Below are positions 57,483 through 64,000 of a stretch of 64,000 bases of DNA, piece after piece (position 1 is the stretch's first letter; each line of letters opens with the position of its first letter). A program made the translations under genes and the position numbers. The DNA is from Candidatus Bathyarchaeia archaeon (lineage in GTDB: Archaea > Thermoproteota > Bathyarchaeia > Bathyarchaeales > Bathycorpusculaceae): the NCBI GenBank assembly GCA_049512935.1, contig JBEKWR010000001.1, forward strand, positions 64,001 to 128,000. The letters are read 5' to 3'. The notes beneath the pieces are model-generated. The model saw only the letters and a list, made by a program, of their open reading frames with translations, was not told where the DNA came from and did no database searches.

Positions 57483-59540
57483 TCAGGTTGTTTTCTGTGT
57501 TATCGTACCTTTAGTGTATGGCACAAACTCCCTAATCTGCTCAATCGAAGTTTTCCCAGCTTTTTCCCGTTGCTCCTTAGGCAGCTTCAGCATCAGCGAT
57601 CTGAGGATTTGCTTCAAAAGCTCTTTACCAGCATAATCGCCAGGCACAAGGGCAACATAAGTTTTAGTTTTTGCCTTTACGGCGTCCACTGGTCCACCGA
57701 CAAAACATGTTTCCTCATTGACGATTATGCCTACGGCGGTTTTAAGCGGAACATTCCGTGTCCAATTGCGTTTGCCGACAACTGCAAAGGCGCCATGTGG
57801 AACAGATTCGCCCGAGGGCCCGCTCTTGCTTAGCTGGTCAACCTTAACCCAGTAGACGTCGGCTGACCCTGCGTTTTCACGCCATGCACGGGAAAACGAC
57901 GCCGCAAACTCGCCTGCTTCGCGGAGTGTTTGTTCTGGTATGGGTTTGCCTTCTGCTTTGACGACGGTGAAGGGTGCGCCTGAGATTTCCGCGTGAAAAA
58001 CGACATCCTCCTGCGTTGTGTATTTTTTTATTAGGACTTCGTTGCTGACGGTGTCTTTGCCTGCAACCACCAAAAACCCGTCGGAACTGTTGAACCAGCG
58101 GAATTTTTCATACCACTCCTTGTTCTCCATCGCTATCTTGCGTTTAGAGAGTGCCTCCACGATTTCCGCTGGCTTAAGACTCTTCAGCTCTTCAGCCGCA
58201 TTTAGCTCCTTCTCAATTTGGCTTAAGCGTTTCTTTGAATCCTCAAGCGCCGCCAGTGCCCCAGCAGTTTTCTCCTTGGCTTTTTTTCCGCGCTCGTAAT
58301 ATTCGTTGGCGTTGTCGAAAAGTGAGTGGCGCAGGGTTATGCTAAACTGCAACTCATCGATGCAAAGGTTCAAAGCCAAATTCCGTGCATCAAACGATTC
58401 GAGGAAAACTTCAGGAGGTTTGCCAGCTTTTTTAGCTGCTAAGGCTTCACTGATAAGGGTGTCCCAGTCTTTGCCTTCTCTATTTTCCCGCAAAAGCTTG
58501 TCCACAAATGTTTGAAGCTCGTTAAAATGGCTGTAGATTGTGTTGCCGATGGCTTTGTCGCGTTCAGTCTTCTTCTCTTCATCGTGAATTGATTTTTCTT
58601 GTTCAGCAACCACTCGTTTTAGCCGCTCTGACTCATGCTTTAGCTTTTCAACTTCCACGCTTGCAAGTGCCGTTTCAGCCGCCTTTACCTGAAGATAAAA
58701 CTCATCCAACGCCTGATTAAAAGTGGCGTAGGCTTGAGTTTTGCAGCCATCATACCTCTTAAGCTTAAGAGGCACAACATCCAAAAAACTTCCATCATCA
58801 TCAACAACAATGTTTGGATCCAAATTGCCTGCTGAAATCTTTGAAAGCAGACTTTGCAGCACATCAAAAACGCCGCTGATTTCCACATCCGTTAGGTCTT
58901 TGCATAGCTTAGTTTTATCCACGTTAGCTCTGAGCAGAACTTCCTCAGCGTAAACCCCGCCTAAGCCCAGTAAACGCGCCGCTGCCCTAACAACCTCAAC
59001 TTCGCCCGCATTCTTTAGCGCTTCTTTCAGCTCAGGCAGGAGGACTTTGAAGGGGTTTTTGCCGCTGGGAGGAGGAAACACCAAGATTTCGTTTCGCAGG
59101 ATGTTTCGGTCGCGCATGCGCTTAAAGAATAAAGCCTGCAGAATCTGGTTTTTCTCGTTTGTAAGGATGATGTTGCCTTCGCCGAAAATCTCCGCTATCA
59201 ATTTGAGCAGCCCATCTTTAGTCCTGAAACTCACAGTTACAATTCTTTCAAACTCGTACTGCTCAACGCCGGTCAGCCATGCCCCACGCAGACACCTCCT
59301 CAGAGACATACAAAACTCAGGCGGGGCAGCCGGGCTCTCAGGCGCGTAAACGGTGGAGTGCATTCTTCTACCCGCTTCCACGACGAACCTTATGGGCGGC
59401 GCGTCTACTTTGTGAAGCTTGAAAACCAGCGTTTTATCGTCAAGCTGGTAAATGTTGTTCACTCGGGAATCACTAATCAGCGGTTTCAGCTCGCTTGTCG
59501 CGGCGGCAACATCGAAGCTTGTGAACTCTTTTCTTCGCAA
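57483..59540 (-). CDS. rqc2: Rqc2/NEMF (NFACT) ribosome quality-control protein
   Basis: EIFGEGN, WYEKFRWF, GKD..SNE, FHA...GAP; TTG 59540 preferred. Confidence 0.9.
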   Translation of the reverse strand: MRRKEFTSFDVAAATSELKPLISDSRVNNIYQLDDKTLVFKLHKVDAPPIRFVVEAGRRMHSTVYAPESPAAPPEFCMSLRRCLRGAWLTGVEQYEFERIVTVSFRTKDGLLKLIAEIFGEGNIILTNEKNQILQALFFKRMRDRNILRNEILVFPPPSGKNPFKVLLPELKEALKNAGEVEVVRAAARLLGLGGVYAEEVLLRANVDKTKLCKDLTDVEISGVFDVLQSLLSKISAGNLDPNIVVDDDGSFLDVVPLKLKRYDGCKTQAYATFNQALDEFYLQVKAAETALASVEVEKLKHESERLKRVVAEQEKSIHDEEKKTERDKAIGNTIYSHFNELQTFVDKLLRENREGKDWDTLISEALAAKKAGKPPEVFLESFDARNLALNLCIDELQFSITLRHSLFDNANEYYERGKKAKEKTAGALAALEDSKKRLSQIEKELNAAEELKSLKPAEIVEALSKRKIAMENKEWYEKFRWFNSSDGFLVVAGKDTVSNEVLIKKYTTQEDVVFHAEISGAPFTVVKAEGKPIPEQTLREAGEFAASFSRAWRENAGSADVYWVKVDQLSKSGPSGESVPHGAFAVVGKRNWTRNVPLKTAVGIIVNEETCFVGGPVDAVKAKTKTYVALVPGDYAGKELLKQILRSLMLKLPKEQREKAGKTSIEQIREFVPYTKGTITQKTT

Positions 59541-59813
59541 CGCTTGCACCAATGGGTGTTTTTTAGTAGTTACCTTGTTTATAAAATAGCCTTTCATCTG
59601 CTTATGCTTTCCTAATATACAATTGGCCCCTACAGACCCTTGTTGCACATACAAATTTGGCTATAAGCTTCAACCATAACTGAAACTAACCTGCGAAATA
59701 CCGTCCAAGCGAAAAAGCCTAAACACCGCATTTTCGAGGGCAGAAACTGTTTAAAACTAGGCATGTTTTTTAAGCAAGAACAAAATATATTTTGCCGAAG
59801 GTTACGGAATACA

Positions 59814-60104
59814 ATGACGCCTGTTGTTCAACTTTACTGGATTCGAGTCTCGTTAGGAGTGGTTGCGGGGGTGCTTAGCGCGGTGATAGCCTTGTACCTG
59901 CCTTTAACCGACCTCAGCACGTTAATCGACAGCTTCACCATAGCTCTGATGGTTTACTTGGTGTCTTACTACCCGCTCAAGGCGATTTTCGCGAAAAAAA
60001 TAGAGAAACAATCAAAAATACTGAGCACGGGCATAATAATGTACTTCTTCGTTTGGCTGCCATTCTTCGTTCTGTTCTTCACGGCGTTCAAAGTCTACAT
60101 GTAA
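59814..60104 (+). CDS. Three-TM EMC6/Rab5ip-like membrane protein
   Basis: YWIR..LGVVAGVLS, GI.MYFFVW..F.VL, ends KVYM. Confidence 0.55.
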   Translation: MTPVVQLYWIRVSLGVVAGVLSAVIALYLPLTDLSTLIDSFTIALMVYLVSYYPLKAIFAKKIEKQSKILSTGIIMYFFVWLPFFVLFFTAFKVYM

Positions 60105-60125
60105 CTGTGTGCAATTTTAAAAAAA

Positions 60126-60584
60126 TTATTCTTCGCTTTTCTGCAGGAAATTTGCGATTGTAGCTTGGCTCTTGTCGCTTCTCAAGGTCTCTATCTTTTC
60201 CTGTTCACCAGTCTTTTCTTCGCCGTTAGACGCCGCAGGGATGTCCATGCGTGTTAGAATGCGCATGCAATCTGCCCACGCCGAGAAGTACCCGCGGTCA
60301 AAGTCTCCGTGTAAACCGTTGCCCATGTGCTCAAGAAACTCTTTTCTGTAGTTGTGCAACGCGACTTTGTCGCTTAAGTCAAGCTTGGAAAAAAACGCGT
60401 AATCGTCCGTGGCGCTGTTCTTGCGGGAGAGGTAGATGCCGTAGAGCGCTCGGAAGTATCCTCTGTTCCACTCGGTTTTCTGCATCTTCTGCTTTACTCG
60501 TTCCAACTCGCGTTCTGCCTCGGTGAATTGCCTGCTGACTATGAGTTGGAAGTACCTTGTGACGAGGGCTTGTGAAATTGGCAT
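60126..60584 (-). CDS. Helical hypothetical protein, likely co-transcribed with radA
   Basis: 3-nt gap after radA; repeated RGYF.A motif. Confidence 0.7.
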   Translation of the reverse strand: MPISQALVTRYFQLIVSRQFTEAERELERVKQKMQKTEWNRGYFRALYGIYLSRKNSATDDYAFFSKLDLSDKVALHNYRKEFLEHMGNGLHGDFDRGYFSAWADCMRILTRMDIPAASNGEEKTGEQEKIETLRSDKSQATIANFLQKSEE

Positions 60585-60587
60585 ACT

Positions 60588-61667
60588 TTAGCGTCCGCGG
60601 GTTTTGGTTGCTTTCTCCTCTTCAGAGACATCTTCTATTCCGTTCTCGGTTACTTTAAGGATTTCCTCTCCTTCAGGCAAATACGGGCTTGAAACCAGCC
60701 TTGCAATCCTTATCGGACCATGAGGCGCCCTTCTGAGGTAGATGCGGGTGTGGCTTGTGTGTCCCACGATGTTTCCGCCGATCGGGTGGATCGCGTCGCC
60801 GAAGAACTGGTCGGGCTTAGCCATAACCTGGTTAGTTACAACCAAGACGGCGTTGAACGCTCGGCCTAAAGCGATTAGTTTGTGCATGTGCTTGTTGAGT
60901 TTCTGCTGTCTTGAAGCCAGCATTTCTCTTCCGATGTATTCGCTTCGGAAATGCGCGGTGAGGGAGTCCACGATGATCAGTTTGATGTTGTTTTTCTTGA
61001 TTATTTCGTCGGCGTTTTCCAGAAGGAACATCTGATGGTCGGACGTGTAGGCTTCAGCGTAAATTATGTTCTTAACCACGGTTTCAGGGTCCAAACCCAA
61101 AAACTTTGACATCTGCACTATGCGTTCAAGCCTGAAAGTGTTTTCGGTGTCAACGTACAAAGCTGCACCGTTGAGTCCGCCTCTTTCCGGGGGCAACTGC
61201 ACGTTGACGCACAGTTGATGGCAGATCTGGCTTTTGCCGCTGCCGTACTCGCCGTAGAACTCCGTTATAGTCTGGGTTTCCAAGCCGCCGTCAAGCACCT
61301 TGTCTAAGGCTTTACTGCCCGTGCTTAGTCGCAAGACTTTTTGGCGCATTTTGAAAAGTTCGTCCGCTCGGACGAAGGAGATGCCGATGGCTGAGCGGGC
61401 GGCTTCGATGATTTGGAAGGCTTTTTTCTCGCTTACTCCCACGGGCTCAAGCTCTCGCGACGTCGCCATGGCTAATGATTCCACGGTGTGGTAGCCGAGT
61501 TCTCGGAGTTTTTGTGCTGTTGCCGGTCCGACGCCTGGCAGGTCTTCCATGAACTCGTATTTTGGCTTGCTCGGTTCTGTTGTCTGTTCCGCGTCCTCTG
61601 GCTGTGGTTCATCGTCTCGGTTTTGTGTGTCTTCATCTTCTTCAGTCATCTTGTTCACACGTGGCAA
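60588..61667 (-). CDS. radA: DNA recombinase RadA
   Basis: LPGVGP HhH, GEYGSGKSQ, YVDTENTFR, VDSL, TNQV; no intein. Confidence 0.97.
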   Translation of the reverse strand: MPRVNKMTEEDEDTQNRDDEPQPEDAEQTTEPSKPKYEFMEDLPGVGPATAQKLRELGYHTVESLAMATSRELEPVGVSEKKAFQIIEAARSAIGISFVRADELFKMRQKVLRLSTGSKALDKVLDGGLETQTITEFYGEYGSGKSQICHQLCVNVQLPPERGGLNGAALYVDTENTFRLERIVQMSKFLGLDPETVVKNIIYAEAYTSDHQMFLLENADEIIKKNNIKLIIVDSLTAHFRSEYIGREMLASRQQKLNKHMHKLIALGRAFNAVLVVTNQVMAKPDQFFGDAIHPIGGNIVGHTSHTRIYLRRAPHGPIRIARLVSSPYLPEGEEILKVTENGIEDVSEEEKATKTRGR

Positions 61668-61834
61668 AAGATGTTACGTCTGGGTATTTAAAACAACCGA
61701 AGAATAAGACATATTGCAGAGTGGAGGGGTCGGTGAAAGTGAACGGCGGATGCGGCTTTTTCGCTCAGGTCTGTTTTTGCGCGGGCTTCTTGCCGCTAAA
61801 AGCAGGCCTCTCCGTCTTGTTTTTCGTTATGCCC

Positions 61835-61875
61835 GTTTCTGGTTGTTTTTTTGGTTTGGGGCTTGGTTTGGGCTC
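61835..61875 (-). repeat. Dispersed intergenic repeat, copy 4 (module A only)
   Basis: Reverse complement AGCCCAAACCAAGCCCCAAACCAAAAAAACAACCAGAAAC. Confidence 0.65.
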
Positions 61876-61880
61876 AGGTT

Positions 61881-62000
61881 ATGGTGTAAAAAGGCTAGAA
61901 AAGGTCTAAAAAGGTGTAAAAAGGTTTGGAAAGGTTAAAAAAGATACAGAAAGGTTGGGAAAGATACGGAAAGATGGAAAAAGGCTACAAAAGACGGTTT
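61881..62000 (+). repeat. 10-bp-period degenerate tandem array
   Basis: 11 consecutive 10-mers starting AAGG/AAGA at 61891, 61901 ... 61991. Confidence 0.85.
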
Positions 62001-62053
62001 ACGCGGGCTTCGCCTTCTCTTGAAGAAGCAGCCTTTTTTCACGGGCAAATCGG

Positions 62054-62440
62054 CTATTCTTTCTTGTCTGGGATGAAATCCATGGAGATCGAGTTTACGC
62101 AGTGCCTCGTGTCCTTCTCAGTGAAGCGCTCGCCCACAAAGACGTGCCCAAGATGAGCACCGCAGTTGACGCATTGAATCTCCGTCCGCACACCGTCGGG
62201 GTCAGGAAGCCGCCGAACCGCGCCCGGGATTTCCTCATCGAAGCTTGGCCACCCGCAGTTCGCCTCAAACTTGCGTTCTGAACGGTACAGCGGCGCTTTG
62301 CATCGTTTGCACACGTAGGTGCCTTTATCCCAGAAAGCGAAGTATTTGCCCGTGAAGGGCGTTTCCGTGCCTTTGTTGATGATGACGCGTTCTTCGTCAG
62401 GAGAAAGTTTCCTGCTGGCTTGTTGAGACGCAGACAACAA
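62054..62440 (-). CDS. msrB: Methionine-R-sulfoxide reductase
   Basis: GTE.PF.G, CGWPSF, RTEI.C, HLGHVF, RHCVNS. Confidence 0.95.
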   Translation of the reverse strand: MLSASQQASRKLSPDEERVIINKGTETPFTGKYFAFWDKGTYVCKRCKAPLYRSERKFEANCGWPSFDEEIPGAVRRLPDPDGVRTEIQCVNCGAHLGHVFVGERFTEKDTRHCVNSISMDFIPDKKE

Positions 62441-62547
62441 AAATCACCATTCTAAACAATGATTACGCCTGTAAAAAGGTTTCATTCAAGCGCTCGTTGC
62501 CGACAAGCAAATATAGGCGCACGTAAATTTACCTATGGGTTTGTATT

Positions 62548-62829
62548 ATGGTTGAAATCACTCGGATCTTTTGGAAGAAAGCTTATACATCGGACAATTT
62601 CCTGTTAGGCGACGTAGAAAGCGCCGACGTAGACATGAACACTTGGCAGTTGACGAGTTTTTACATCGGCTTAACTGACGAGGCAACGAAGCATCTTGGT
62701 TTCAAGCGTCCTTACCTTGGAAAAGTAACTGTCTGCTTGCCCGTATCCGATATAAAGATGGTTGAAGCCAACGCCGTACTAAACAAAACCATAGCTGAGC
62801 TTCGCGACCTCAAACAGTGCAAAGAGTAA
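62548..62829 (+). CDS. PRC-barrel-like protein
   Basis: KKAYTSD...LGDVE..DVD..TWQL. Confidence 0.65.
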   Translation: MVEITRIFWKKAYTSDNFLLGDVESADVDMNTWQLTSFYIGLTDEATKHLGFKRPYLGKVTVCLPVSDIKMVEANAVLNKTIAELRDLKQCKE

Positions 62830-62866
62830 CAGCTGTTTCTAGCTTTTTTATTAGAGTTAGCAAAAG

Positions 62867-63229
62867 TCAGCCAGCGCCATAAAAGTCAATAGCCCAGAAC
62901 CGCTCCACAACTCTGCTTCCCACACTTTTATTTCCCCTTCGCCCATGCAGGTAAATCGAAATAAGAGCACCGAAAAAAGCCACTAAGCCGACAATCCAAG
63001 CTGCGACCACAAACGGCGATGGCAAAGGCGACGATTTGGCAACTTGGGTTTGCTGCAACGCAACGGTTTCCTGCTTTGTCGGCAGCTGCGGCGGCGATGA
63101 ATTTGCCATGCAGTTTACCGCGCCGAAATTGGCAGTCTGGTTTGGGTATGCTTTAACTGCCGAAGAAGAGGCTATACATGACGCCGCAGCCAATAAGAAA
63201 ACAAACAGGACAGCGCGGGTTTTGTTCAT
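62867..63229 (-). CDS. Small secreted/membrane-anchored hypothetical protein
   Basis: Signal peptide, S/P/Q linker, TM. Confidence 0.55.
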   Translation of the reverse strand: MNKTRAVLFVFLLAAASCIASSSAVKAYPNQTANFGAVNCMANSSPPQLPTKQETVALQQTQVAKSSPLPSPFVVAAWIVGLVAFFGALISIYLHGRRGNKSVGSRVVERFWAIDFYGAG

Positions 63230-63276
63230 TTCTTCACCGTTTATTTGGGCTGTTTTTTCCCGTTAAAAGCGTTATC

Positions 63277-63340
63277 GTCAAGATTTCTTGACCAAACAGG
63301 AGCTTTTTAGTCAAGGTTTCTTGACTGGACAGGTTGTCCA
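63277..63340. promoter_or_regulatory. Twin palindromic operators GTCAAG-N4-CTTGAC plus TGGACA-N3-TGTCCA
   Basis: 63277-63292, 63310-63325, 63326-63340. Confidence 0.65.
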
Positions 63341-63534
63341 TGCTCTATGCTTAATTCATGCATATGACCGTTTTTTGTTTGCTTCTTCAGGTTTACCCGC
63401 CGCCTTCGCTGGAGCACACAAATATTCGTTGCGCCTTAAACTTCAAGGCGTCTTGCCGCAAGTATCATGCCAGCCTTGATTTGTTGAAAAAATTAAAAAA
63501 GCGAACAAGAGTAATCTATACAGTGGCGTTTCTG

Positions 63535-64000
63535 TTGGCTGATGCGGAGTGGGAGAGACTTATTGACGACTTAGTAAGACAGGGCATACTTCAAACGCCC
63601 AACGTGGCGAACGCGATGCGTCACGTGCCCCGCCTAAATTTCCTGCCCAAAGCCGCCCGCCAGCACAGCGCCGTGGATGCTCCCTTGCAAATCGGGTTCG
63701 GCCAAACCATTTCAGCCCCCCACATGGTTTCCATTATGAACGAAGCCCTGCAGCTTGAGGTCGGTCAAAGGGTTCTTGAAGTTGGCGCTGGTTCAGGCTG
63801 GCATGCCGCGACGTTAGGTGAGTTGGTCGCTCCGAAAAGTGCGCCCGAAAGCACGCGGGGACACGTCTACTCCGTCGAGATAATTCCCTCGTTGGCTGAA
63901 ACTGCGCGGAGAAACATCTTAACCGCTGGCTTCGGCGACTGCGTAACCGTGATCAACGCTGACGGGTCAAAAGGTTACCCTGACAAGGCGCTGTACGACC
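63535..64000 (+). CDS. pcm: Protein-L-isoaspartate O-methyltransferase (runs off window end)
   Basis: VPR..F, GQTISAPHMV, VLEVGAGSGW.AA, GDG-like ADGSKGY. Confidence 0.93.
   Translation, partial: MADAEWERLIDDLVRQGILQTPNVANAMRHVPRLNFLPKAARQHSAVDAPLQIGFGQTISAPHMVSIMNEALQLEVGQRVLEVGAGSGWHAATLGELVAPKSAPESTRGHVYSVEIIPSLAETARRNILTAGFGDCVTVINADGSKGYPDKALYD

Noticed and set aside
60588-61667. Intein in RadA
   Set aside because: Normal length with contiguous motifs; only a short acidic N-terminal extension.
61881-62000. CRISPR array or coding repeat (ORFs 61714..61938 and 61926..62156)
   Set aside because: Units are 10 bp with no repeat-spacer structure and no cas genes; the period is not a multiple of 3 and the ORFs look like by-products.

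Overview
Archaeal chromosomal DNA (tfe, aMBF1, NAC, radA, trm56, archaeal thrS/proS, AOR, Rqc2, an arcadin-1-like gene). Gene content and the frequent TTG/GTG starts suggest Bathyarchaeia, which is an inference. Most of the window is housekeeping and metabolic genes. The most notable part is an AT-rich defence-like island at ~1-5.5 kb. It holds a frameshifted AbrB-VapC pair, an overlapping wHTH + HEPN-like gene pair and a three-gene ubiquitin-like conjugation operon (Ubl ending TDKS / E2-like-E1 fusion without the usual Cys motifs / DUF6527-like protein) resembling bacterial Bub operons. A GNAT, an RHH-Zn finger gene and an antitoxin relic follow. Other points: tRNA-Val(TAC) with a decayed att-like copy; a second accessory block between trm56 and tfe; hflX with no canonical start codon; a dispersed modular palindromic intergenic repeat family; a 10-bp-phased array upstream of radA; an iteron-like array upstream of tfe; several palindromic operators; and EMC6-like and arcadin-1-like genes. 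All family calls come from motif recognition by eye; no database searches were run.
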